The position numbers and the translations under genes were made by a program. 24,000 bases of DNA from an uncultured Chlorobiaceae bacterium (GTDB taxonomy: Bacteria > Bacteroidota > Chlorobiia > Chlorobiales > Chlorobiaceae): positions 651 to 24,650 of the forward strand of contig CAISRC010000120.1 of NCBI GenBank assembly GCA_903887845.1, written 5' to 3'. Shown piece after piece: positions 8,984-17,132 of this stretch. Within the stretch, counting starts at the first letter, position 1. Each line of letters begins with the position of its first letter. The notes beneath the pieces are model-generated. The model made no database searches and was not told the origin of the DNA. It worked only from the letters and a program-made list of their open reading frames with translations.

Positions 8984-9025
8984 TACAGTTAATCGGAAAA
9001 AAGTCGATTAACTGTAGATTTTTTT
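8984..9025 (+). terminator. orphan intrinsic-terminator-like hairpin (12-bp perfect stem + T7)
   Basis: TACAGTTAATCG (8984-8995), loop GAAAAAAGT, CGATTAACTGTA (9005-9016), then GA and TTTTTTT (9019-9025). No + strand gene lies upstream of it in the window. Confidence 0.45.
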
Positions 9026-9171
9026 CAGTAGGAGACCGGCGTTTCGCTTTACAGGATTTGTCTGCTGGAAAAAATTATCGACGCATGACGGGGTGTAGAA
9101 AAGTCCCAGGCCAACGCTTGAAATCCCATATAGATTACATCGCAAAAGTTAAAAAACAGAATAACAAAACC

Positions 9172-9486
9172 ATGATCACACCACTACAAAACATTATTAA
9201 CCAGATTGAGGCCGGGCAGTACAAAGAGGCTTATAACGCCTTGAAGATGATGAGAAAAGACCCGACACTTTCAGATGAGCTTCTGGAAGTTGTAGAAATT
9301 GCCAGCATTGAAATTGGAGTGACCGAAAAGCGCATGCAGTTGGAACCGAAAGGCGGTTTTTATGCGAAAAGCGCAGTATTGAGGCTGCAGGAAGCTTTAG
9401 GCGATCCAGAGGCGGCTGAACGATTGAGAATTTTAAAGGAACAGATGAACCTTACTATAGACGCACAAGTCAATAGCAGAAACTAA
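9172..9486 (+). CDS. hypothetical small helical protein (104 aa)
   Basis: The track ORF 8962..9486 contains the terminator-like hairpin in its 5' part. The internal ATG 9172 gives MITPLQNIINQIEAGQYKEAYNALKMMRKDP... I do not recognise a family. Confidence 0.4.
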   Translation: MITPLQNIINQIEAGQYKEAYNALKMMRKDPTLSDELLEVVEIASIEIGVTEKRMQLEPKGGFYAKSAVLRLQEALGDPEAAERLRILKEQMNLTIDAQVNSRN

Positions 9487-9779
9487 CTGACGTCAGCCGC
9501 GACAACCTGAAGGTACATTTCCCAATCTGCTCAAACGGGGTCATCTGATCCTGCACGGCAGTGGAGGTGAAGTCTTTTATAAACAGGAACCGCCATCAAG
9601 CATCCAAAAATCAAAGAGCGGACGGCATCTCATTTTATTGCCCTTAATGCCTTATTACTCATGCAATAAGACGGATATTATCGATAGCGAATGATAAGCC
9701 ATTCACCTAATTTGATTTCTGTTCAAATACCGGTATATTTGAGTGGCAATTCATGCATTAGTGGGTAAATAAGAGCTTT

Positions 9780-10127
9780 ATGACTGAAACATCATTCACC
9801 AACTGGGCGTCAATGAGTGACAAGGCGCTGACTGAGCATATAGGTGCTTTTGTGCGGCACCATCGCCTGGAGCAGAACAAAACCCAGGATGCGCTTGCTC
9901 ATGCGGCCAGTATCAGTCGGTCAACCCTGAGTTTACTGGAACGTGGTGAAACGGTTACCCTGACCACCTTAATTCAGGTACTAAGAGTATTGGACCAGTT
10001 GCAGGTAATGGCGGCTTTTGTGGTTGAGCAGCGCATCAGTCCATTGGCGATGGCCAAAATGCAGAAAGAAAAAAGACAAAGAGCAAGAGGAAAACAGGGC
10101 GACGATACAACGGAACATGAATGGTAA
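9780..10127 (+). CDS. hipB: XRE-family HTH antitoxin (HipB-like)
   Basis: 115-aa ORF with an HTH segment ..NKTQDALAHAASISRSTLSLLERGE.. Its stop is 3 nt before the hipA start. The basic C-terminal tail (KEKRQRARGKQ) is not essential to the call. Confidence 0.75.
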   Translation: MTETSFTNWASMSDKALTEHIGAFVRHHRLEQNKTQDALAHAASISRSTLSLLERGETVTLTTLIQVLRVLDQLQVMAAFVVEQRISPLAMAKMQKEKRQRARGKQGDDTTEHEW

Positions 10128-10130
10128 AGG

Positions 10131-11435
10131 ATGAACGTAGCGGAAGTTAAAATATGGGGGGAATTGGCGGGTGCCGTAGCCTGGGACGAACTCTCCGGCC
10201 TGGCTACGTTTGAATATGCTTCCAGATTCAAGTCGAAAGGATGGGATCTTGCGCCCCTGCATATACCCCTCTCCGCCCCCAAGAGCACCTATGCCTTTCC
10301 TGCCTTGCGTAAAAAGGCCGAACCAGCCCTTGATACCTTCAAAGGATTGCCGGGATTACTCGCCGACGTCCTGCCCGACAGATACGGAAATGAGTTGATC
10401 AACCTCTGGTTAGCACAGCAAGGCCGCCCGCAGAACAGCATGAATCCGGTGGAGATGCTTTGCTTTATCGGCACCCGGGGTATGGGTGCTCTGGAGTTCG
10501 AACCGGCGACTTGGAAAGAGAGCAAAAGAACCTTTTCCGTCGAGATAGAGACTCTGGTGGAGATTGCAAAAAACATGCTCTTCAAAAAAGAGGCCTTTAC
10601 CGCCAACCTGCAAGCGGATGAAAAAAAGGCGATATCGGAAATTCTTCGTATCGGTACTTCGGCTGGCGGCGCACGACCAAAGGCCGTGATTGCATACAAC
10701 GTAAAAACAGGAGAAGTCCGCTCCGGCCAGACCAATGCTCCCAAAGGTTTCGAGCATTGGCTTGTAAAGCTGGACGGAGTGAGTGACGTGCAATTGGGAA
10801 CCAGTCATGGCTATGGAAGGGTGGAAATGGCGTATTACAAGATGGCAACGGCCTGCGGTATAACCATGATGCCATCCCGATTGCTTGAAGAAAACGGCAG
10901 AGCACACTTTATGACCAAACGCTTCGACCGGGAAGGCGGTTCAACGAAACACCACCTTCAAACCTTCTGCGCATTGAAGCACTTTGACTACAACTCAGTC
11001 ATGAGTTTCAGCTATGAGCAGCTTTTTCAAACCATGCGTGAATTGAAACTTCCCTACCCTGACGCAGAGCAAATGTTCAGAAGAATGGTTTTTAACGTAG
11101 CCGCACGAAACTGCGACGACCATACCAAAAACTTTTCGTTCCGGTTAAAGAAAGATGCCAAATGGGAACTGGCGCCAGCTTACGATGTCTGCCATGCCTG
11201 GCAGCCCAATCACCAATGGGTAAGTCAGCATGCCTTGAGCATCAACGGGAAACGAACGAACATTACAAAAGAAGACCTTTTGATCATCGGCAAATCCATC
11301 AACAATAAAAAAGCAACAGAGGCAATTGACGAAATCAATGCAACGGTAGCGCAATGGAAAACGTATGCTGATGAAGTTGCGGTGTCGCCTGAATTACGAG
11401 ACAAAATTGCCAGAACACTTATCTACTTGAAATAA
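10131..11435 (+). CDS. hipA: HipA-family serine/threonine kinase toxin
   Basis: 434 aa. It has a HipA N-terminal coupling region, ..GTSAGGARPKAVI.. and the catalytic loop ..ARNCDDHTKNFSF.. (D-x-H-x-K-N), followed by ..LAPAYDV.. Confidence 0.85.
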   Translation: MNVAEVKIWGELAGAVAWDELSGLATFEYASRFKSKGWDLAPLHIPLSAPKSTYAFPALRKKAEPALDTFKGLPGLLADVLPDRYGNELINLWLAQQGRPQNSMNPVEMLCFIGTRGMGALEFEPATWKESKRTFSVEIETLVEIAKNMLFKKEAFTANLQADEKKAISEILRIGTSAGGARPKAVIAYNVKTGEVRSGQTNAPKGFEHWLVKLDGVSDVQLGTSHGYGRVEMAYYKMATACGITMMPSRLLEENGRAHFMTKRFDREGGSTKHHLQTFCALKHFDYNSVMSFSYEQLFQTMRELKLPYPDAEQMFRRMVFNVAARNCDDHTKNFSFRLKKDAKWELAPAYDVCHAWQPNHQWVSQHALSINGKRTNITKEDLLIIGKSINNKKATEAIDEINATVAQWKTYADEVAVSPELRDKIARTLIYLK

Positions 11436-11497
11436 TACCTGCCTTTGCCAACGACATTCCGCCATCAAAAGATGACCCGACTAACTCTATTGCATCT

Positions 11498-12562
11498 TTA
11501 CTCGTTGTCGCTCCTATCCGCATTATACTCTTCTGCCTCCTCCAATAACAGCGTACGTTCCCGCTCCAGCTCCTTTCGCAGCTCTTCTTCGGATGGCAAT
11601 ACCAATTTATAGCGGCTGGCAAATAACTGTTCACTGCCATTCAATACCGAATAGCGAACCACAGACTCGTCCTTTTGCGAACACAAAATAATGCCAACAG
11701 CAGGATTGTCACCTTCGCCGCGTTTGAGGTCGTCATACATGCGCACATACATGTCCATCTGCCCTATGTCCTGATGGTTGAGCTTGCCGCTCTTCAAATC
11801 AATCAGCACAAAGCACTTGAGCAGATAGTTGTAAAAAACAAGATCGATATAAAAGTCCTGTGACTCGGTACTGATGCGCTGCTGTCGGGCAACAAAAGCG
11901 AAGCCCTTGCCCAGTTCGAGCAAAAAAGCTTGCAGCTTATCCATCAGTGCCTGTTCCAGCTTTGACTCCAGCAGCTTGCCCGTGCCAGGCAGACCAAGGA
12001 ACTCCAGCATCACGGGGTCATGCACGAACTCCCGGGGACTTTGAGGCAAAGCCGCAATATTGGCAGCAGCCTCAGCCTTCACGCTGGCCTTGTCGCTGCT
12101 GAGCACCAATCGTTCGAAATAGAGCGTGCCAATCTGCCGATCCAGTGCGCGGGCGCTCCAGTTCTGCAAGGCAGATTCGTTCAGATACCACTCTCGGGCT
12201 TCCTTGCTCGTGACTCGCAGCAGTGTCCGATAATGCGACCAGCTCAATTCGCGACGCACTGTGTCGCGAATTGGAAAAGCAAGATAAAAACCTCGCATGT
12301 GCCGCAAATTAGTTGCATCAAACCCCTTGCCAAACTCACGGGTCAAAGATTCCGCCAGTCGCGACAACAGCTTCTTGCCATAAGCTGCGCGTGCCTCGCC
12401 ACCCTGCTCAAACTCTACAATATGGCGGCCAATCTCCCAGCAGGTTTGCACCTGCACCCTGTCCACAGCGTGCAGGGCCTGCTGTCGGCCTTGCTGAATC
12501 AGTTCCCGCAGGGCATGCAGCAAGCCGGATAAGGGTGGAGTGTTCGGTATCAGATTTGTCAA
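11498..12562 (-). CDS. YhcG/DUF1016-family PD-(D/E)XK nuclease-domain protein
   Basis: 354 aa. N-terminal ..CWEIGRHIVEFEQGGEARAAYGKKLL..GKGF..NLRHMRGFY.. and C-terminal ..FYIDLVFYNYLLKCFVLIDLKSGKLNHQDIGQMDMYV.. are the recognisable DUF1016 signatures (D ... D/E-L-K core). Confidence 0.8.
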   Translation of the reverse strand: MTNLIPNTPPLSGLLHALRELIQQGRQQALHAVDRVQVQTCWEIGRHIVEFEQGGEARAAYGKKLLSRLAESLTREFGKGFDATNLRHMRGFYLAFPIRDTVRRELSWSHYRTLLRVTSKEAREWYLNESALQNWSARALDRQIGTLYFERLVLSSDKASVKAEAAANIAALPQSPREFVHDPVMLEFLGLPGTGKLLESKLEQALMDKLQAFLLELGKGFAFVARQQRISTESQDFYIDLVFYNYLLKCFVLIDLKSGKLNHQDIGQMDMYVRMYDDLKRGEGDNPAVGIILCSQKDESVVRYSVLNGSEQLFASRYKLVLPSEEELRKELERERTLLLEEAEEYNADRSDNE

Positions 12563-12699
12563 ATCGATTTCGGTTAAGTGTCATTATATGACTTCTTCAG
12601 CATAGCGCAACATGGGTCTGATTTATTTCGCGAATCAAGTGTATTGATAATAATGCATTTTATAATGAATAAATATCGTTATTATACCCTAAAATAACA

Positions 12700-13150
12700 A
12701 GTACCGATAATATAACTCACCCGTGAAGTTTTAAGCGTTGCTCAGATCTCACCGACACCAATACTCATCTTTTTGGGCTCTCGTCCTTGATACCTTCAGG
12801 CATGTCTGACTACTCCTGAATCAACCGGCATTCAAATTGAGCCAGAGTACTGAAGATATAGAAAATCATTTTACCGGACGCCGTAGTGGTATCGGTGCAT
12901 CCGTCATTGATTGATCGGAAGCCCACACCCCTTTTCTGGAACTGTTTGACAATATTGATCATGTTCCGCTGTGACCAGCCAAGTCATTCATACCTCCAGA
13001 TAATCAGAATGATTTAAAGTAACAGCTGAAAACGTTTATCAGCCGTTTGTCTGGATCGTGGAGAATAAACCACACCTGAGTTCAGCGTCATGAAGTACTT
13101 CCAGTTCAGCATAACTATCGCTCAAGATACTAATTGCTGAAAAACTTTTC
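12700..13150 (-). pseudogene. decayed serine recombinase (resolvase/invertase) gene remnant
   Basis: Minus-strand translation gives ..LIIWRYE*LGWSQRNMINIVKQFQKRGVGFRSINDGCTDTTTASGKMIFYIFSTLAQFECRLIQE*.. This compares with the resolvase consensus ..LVVWKLDRLGRS...L.E.GV.F.S....DTTT..GK..F.I.....EFER.LI.ER. Weaker N-terminal (..LEVLHDAEL..) and HTH (..ELYYRYL) remnants lie in other frames. There are multiple stops and frameshifts, and the boundaries are approximate. Confidence 0.6.
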
Positions 13151-13197
13151 TTTCAGTAGCACTTTATTGGGTCAGGGGAAGCTCGTGTAATTTTGCC

Positions 13198-15486
13198 TTA
13201 TTTCTGAACCTTCGCTAACATCAACTCTGTCAGAGTTACAGCAAAAGGAAAAGCCGATTTCCGACCGCCTTCATATTTTTCAAGCTTTGTTAGATCCCAT
13301 TCTACGTTATCAAAAGCATCATCAGTTACCATCTCAACTCTATAAACAAGGTAAGAATCACCAGAAGGTCTTGTATATCCGGTTTTCAACATTTGATCTT
13401 TTGAAAAAACTCTCGGACCCTTTTCTTTTATTCTCCACAGGGAACCGGCATTCAATTCCGCTTCAGTGTGAAGTAAAAGATATGATGCATCAGCAGTTAA
13501 AGAATCAATCCTTATTGAACCTCTTGAAGAGTTCATCCGGACATTGTATAATCCTTTTTTTTCTATCCAGTGGTAGTGTTCGGCATCCTTGTAATATCCG
13601 ATAAGTACACTGGTATCGCCTGGAGGCAAAACCCTTTTGCCGTTACCATAATGCTCAGGCATCTGATCTCTGACGATAAAGTCATTCGTATCATTATGGA
13701 TATCATAAATCCGGTAACTCAACTGCTCTCGCTGTGATGCCCTGTTCTGAACATGATGAACAACCTCAAGAATGAACTGTTTTAACTCTTCGATACCGGT
13801 TCCGTCTGCTGAAGGTCGAACAGGAAAGGCTCCAAGTCCCGGAATCAGTTCATGAAAGCCTTTTTTGGTGTCCGTTCTAGTGCCAGGATATAATACATAG
13901 GAACCTGCAGTTCTTCTGATAGCGTCTTTATAAGCATGCATTTTAAGAAGATCATCTCTTTTTCCTGTCCTTTCATCAATGTTTCCGGCAGTATCTTCCC
14001 CTGATTCAGTCCCGTCGTCAAGTAATTCAAGAAACTCTTTAACCTTATACTTGGCATCGAAATGAACATGAACTATCAATTCCTGCTCTTCTGCCTGTTT
14101 TTCTGAAAAACCTTCAGGCCAGAGGCTCAGCGTATAATCCGGTCTCATAGAAAGCGTCCAGCTCCCCCCAGCAGGGTAGCTTTTATTGCCTGAAAACGTT
14201 CTGTTATAGGCAAACTGCACATTAAGCTTTCGTCCACTTTGATCAAAAACCCCCTTAAGCGGGAAATGTCTGCCCGATCTCAATGCAAGACCGAGGCCGT
14301 CGGAAGTCGGCTCGATAAGATTTTCAATTGATTCCGGTTCAATAGTAAAAATCCCTTTCAGCAGATCCAGTAGTTTAAAGAACAGCCAGTATTCATAAAG
14401 AATGGCAACATCTCTCTTGCCGGCAGCATAAACGTCATCACCGCCATGCCAGATAAGCTTTGAGGCAAGATCAAACATAAACCAGACTCGTAATACTTCC
14501 CGATAACCCTCTTTTCTCTGAAGTACCGGGCTGTTAAGGGGTAGAATGTCAGGGTTCGATAACTCTCTAAAAAAAGCACGGGAAAGTAACTCTTCGAGCA
14601 TCTCTTCCAGAAAGAGTGCCTCTCTATATGAGCGGCCCTGGTTCTCGGATAATTTTTCACGTATAACAGAGCAGAATGTGCAAAACTCAGTTAATGCGTG
14701 TTTGACAAAACGGTTCTCTGCTGTATCAAGCGTATCATGTTTCCGGGTAATACTGATCTGCTTAGGAACATGCGCAATTGTTGATGCAAGCGCATGAAAA
14801 TCAGGAAGATTAATCCGGTTTGATGCTGACGCAAGCTGCCGTGAAAACGATCTGTTAGGGCGGCCTGCCCTTCTGATATCAGTATCTGCCTCGAACTCTT
14901 CCCATGCTGTTACAGGAGAAAGAATTATCCGGTAAACAGCATCAAGAAATTCAGGTGACTCAAGAATAGATTTAATAAAAGCAAACCGCTGGTAAAGAGT
15001 TGACGCATCAGAGGATGCATCCACAGAATACTGTTGTGCAACCGGAGAGGTATGTAGCATCAAAAGATCTGTACACTTCTCCGTAATCTCTTCAAGCATA
15101 AAGCGGTAATCCGTACGGTATGAGGTTTTTACCGATCTCACTTCGAGTGTCACCGATCCCTTCTTCTCTTTCGAACCGGAATCGATGACATCAGCAGAGA
15201 GGGTTCCGACGTAGGTATTGGGAGTGATTCTGCCGCTCGAAGGATGTATCTTCGAGTGTTGAACAACGCCGCTGATCTCCTCTAATTGGTACTCTGCCGG
15301 GTTAATCTGGTATTCGTAGGCGCACCCCTCCTTAAGCTGGTAGGGAGATTCTCCGTTCGACTCAGCTTCGGCTGAATCAATAACGGCAAGTGTAAAATCA
15401 ACAGAAGATTCAGCGGAAATGATAAGCTTACATGTTTCACCATTAACCAGGTGAAACGTTATTTCGCATTTATTTTTTTCTAACAT
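13198..15486 (-). CDS. DUF2357-like + PD-(D/E)XK (DUF524/COG1700-type) nuclease, McrC-analogous subunit, with extra ~170-aa C-terminal domain
   Basis: 762 aa. ..GRITPNTYVGTL..LEVRSVKTSYRTDYRFMLEEI.. resembles DUF2357. The nuclease core is ..MRPDYTLSLW..VHVHFDAKYK..LLKMHAYKDAIRRTAGSYVLYPG.. The start is 11 nt after the stop of the McrB-like gene. Confidence 0.75.
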   Translation of the reverse strand: MLEKNKCEITFHLVNGETCKLIISAESSVDFTLAVIDSAEAESNGESPYQLKEGCAYEYQINPAEYQLEEISGVVQHSKIHPSSGRITPNTYVGTLSADVIDSGSKEKKGSVTLEVRSVKTSYRTDYRFMLEEITEKCTDLLMLHTSPVAQQYSVDASSDASTLYQRFAFIKSILESPEFLDAVYRIILSPVTAWEEFEADTDIRRAGRPNRSFSRQLASASNRINLPDFHALASTIAHVPKQISITRKHDTLDTAENRFVKHALTEFCTFCSVIREKLSENQGRSYREALFLEEMLEELLSRAFFRELSNPDILPLNSPVLQRKEGYREVLRVWFMFDLASKLIWHGGDDVYAAGKRDVAILYEYWLFFKLLDLLKGIFTIEPESIENLIEPTSDGLGLALRSGRHFPLKGVFDQSGRKLNVQFAYNRTFSGNKSYPAGGSWTLSMRPDYTLSLWPEGFSEKQAEEQELIVHVHFDAKYKVKEFLELLDDGTESGEDTAGNIDERTGKRDDLLKMHAYKDAIRRTAGSYVLYPGTRTDTKKGFHELIPGLGAFPVRPSADGTGIEELKQFILEVVHHVQNRASQREQLSYRIYDIHNDTNDFIVRDQMPEHYGNGKRVLPPGDTSVLIGYYKDAEHYHWIEKKGLYNVRMNSSRGSIRIDSLTADASYLLLHTEAELNAGSLWRIKEKGPRVFSKDQMLKTGYTRPSGDSYLVYRVEMVTDDAFDNVEWDLTKLEKYEGGRKSAFPFAVTLTELMLAKVQK

Positions 15487-15497
15487 TCCGCAGGGTC

Positions 15498-17132
15498 TTA
15501 TGCTTCAGCAAAACTGGTAAAGCCATCCATCTGAACTCTTTTCTGCATCCGCATAATTTTTTCAAGGGAAACCGGAAAACGGATTTTTTCGCGGTCAGTA
15601 TAGTCAATCTCTTCAGGTTTACTGAGCAGCGTCCCTTCCTGACCCGCAGTCAAACAAAGAAGGGAAAGCTTATTCAAAACCGGCTCAAGCTTTCTTCTGG
15701 AACCATGCAGCTTCGGGAGAAGCTTCTGTACGATTGCTGAATCGACAATATCCACAAGAACCCATTGTGCACCTTGCGTCAGTTTTTTGAAGATTAATGT
15801 ATACCGGAAAATATCAGATGCAGTCCTGTAACCAAACTCGGCACCCGTTTTTTTCAATTCTTTAAAAAATTCAACAAGCACATTATTCAAATCATCAGTG
15901 TCAGAAAAATCAGAGATTTCAGCTTTGGCAAGTTCAACAAAAGCCTTGCCCATACTGCTGCCTAATCCATTTATAACATCAATATCAGGCTTTACCGGAT
16001 TTTTTAGGAAACCGGTCATTTCCGACTCTGAAACTCTGAACTCGATAACACTCGCCCGATCAAGCACTTTCGGGCTGAACATGTAGGTGGTTTCATCAAT
16101 ATTGACGGTACCGACCACAAAAAGATTCTTTGGAACAACAAGCCTTGAAGGGACACCGCTCATTACATCTTCAGATGAATGAAGCTGAAGCTCTTTGCCT
16201 GATTCAAGGACACTAAGAAAATCGGCAAAATAACGTTCAACATGGCTCAGATTCATCTCATCAAGAATCAGAAAAAACGGTTTTTCAGCGTTTTCCGGTT
16301 TGATCGCTTCGAGAAGCAAATCAATAACTCCGCTTTCAGGCTTGACATAAACTGTATTATCAAGAGCATTCGGATAACCTAACAAGGGTTCTCTATTTGT
16401 CCAGTCAGCCCCTACCGGAACAATTTTATACTGATTATCACTTTCGCATATCCACTGAGCAAAAGCCTGAGCCAGCTTGGTTTTTCCAGATCCGGAAAGT
16501 CCGGTAAGAATTACTAATGGTTTTGTGCATAGCGAAGCGATAAAACGGCTAATCAAGTTATGATGTATTATTATATTAGCTTTAATAAGTTCTATGGAAA
16601 ATTCATAGCTTAATGCGCTTATTTCGGCATCAACATTAAGGATATACTGCTCGAAAACAGGAATCTGCATCCAAATCGAGTTAAGACTTTCATTAGCAAA
16701 CTCTTCATACAATCTTATTAGTGCTATAATTCCTTCCTTAGACTCTGTTTTGCCGATGGCCTGATTTCTAAAATGATTAGCCCCTACATAGGGAATATCA
16801 TAGAGATATGAAGCTAATCTATTATGAATTTTAGATTCTCTAGGTGAGATTGCTTTTTCTAGCACATGCAAAGGTTCAATTTCAATCTTGAAGTAGTTAG
16901 GTTTTGCTGAATCATAACCTTCATCATAAGGAGAGCGACTTATTTTACCAAAAGCCTTTAATCCTTGATCCCATGTTATAAGGGATTTATCGCCGCCAAA
17001 ATAAATAAACACAGGGTCATTAACGGCTATTTCGGTTTTAAAATTCGAAATAGCATCATGAATAAACGTTTCATTATTCTGAATCTTTCTAATAATTGAT
17101 TCGGCGCTAATTTTTACTATAAATACTTTCAT
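15498..17132 (-). CDS. McrB-family AAA+ NTPase (AAA_5 type) with an unassigned ~190-aa N-terminal domain
   Basis: 544 aa. Walker A LTGLSGSGKTKLA, Walker B region FFLILDEMNLSHVERYFADFLSVLE, and the McrB-type segment VVGTVNIDETTYMFSPKVLDRASVIEF. The start ATG overlaps the methyltransferase stop (TAATG at 17130-17134). Confidence 0.8.
   Translation of the reverse strand: MKVFIVKISAESIIRKIQNNETFIHDAISNFKTEIAVNDPVFIYFGGDKSLITWDQGLKAFGKISRSPYDEGYDSAKPNYFKIEIEPLHVLEKAISPRESKIHNRLASYLYDIPYVGANHFRNQAIGKTESKEGIIALIRLYEEFANESLNSIWMQIPVFEQYILNVDAEISALSYEFSIELIKANIIIHHNLISRFIASLCTKPLVILTGLSGSGKTKLAQAFAQWICESDNQYKIVPVGADWTNREPLLGYPNALDNTVYVKPESGVIDLLLEAIKPENAEKPFFLILDEMNLSHVERYFADFLSVLESGKELQLHSSEDVMSGVPSRLVVPKNLFVVGTVNIDETTYMFSPKVLDRASVIEFRVSESEMTGFLKNPVKPDIDVINGLGSSMGKAFVELAKAEISDFSDTDDLNNVLVEFFKELKKTGAEFGYRTASDIFRYTLIFKKLTQGAQWVLVDIVDSAIVQKLLPKLHGSRRKLEPVLNKLSLLCLTAGQEGTLLSKPEEIDYTDREKIRFPVSLEKIMRMQKRVQMDGFTSFAEA

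Noticed and set aside
8768-9171. 5' extensions of recB (to 8875) and of the small ORF (from 8962)
   Set aside because: The RecB family N-terminus aligns with the ATG at 8767. The extension of the 9172 ORF would have to be translated through a strong terminator-like hairpin, and its sequence is not protein-like.
9651-9670. CTTATT-N8-AATAAG inverted repeat upstream of hipB as a HipB operator
   Set aside because: The arms are only 6 bp in an AT-rich region, and I saw only one copy. It is not distinguishable from chance.
10210-12591. ORFs antisense to hipA and to the DUF1016 gene (e.g. 10410..10907, 12020..12532)
   Set aside because: The opposite strand carries clearly recognisable family motifs, and these ORFs have no independent support.
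13137-13156. CTGAAA-N8-TTTCAG hairpin as terminator of the restriction operon
   Set aside because: It has a 6-bp AT-rich stem and no U-tract, and it lies within the recombinase relic. It is too weak to call.
13555-13562. Homopolymer tracts in the nuclease gene (A8 in coding sense at 13555-13562; A7 near the start at ~15470-15476) as phase-variation switches
   Set aside because: Tracts of 7-8 nt are common in AT-rich genes and are shorter than typical phase-variable RM tracts. There is no population data to support length variation.
13198-17132. Interpreting the NTPase and nuclease pair as a classical methylation-dependent Type IV McrBC system
   Set aside because: The NTPase gene overlaps the stop of a C5-methyltransferase by one base in a four-gene operon. 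A self-methylating host could not tolerate an m5C-dependent nuclease of matching specificity. A different, non-overlapping methyl specificity cannot be excluded from sequence alone.
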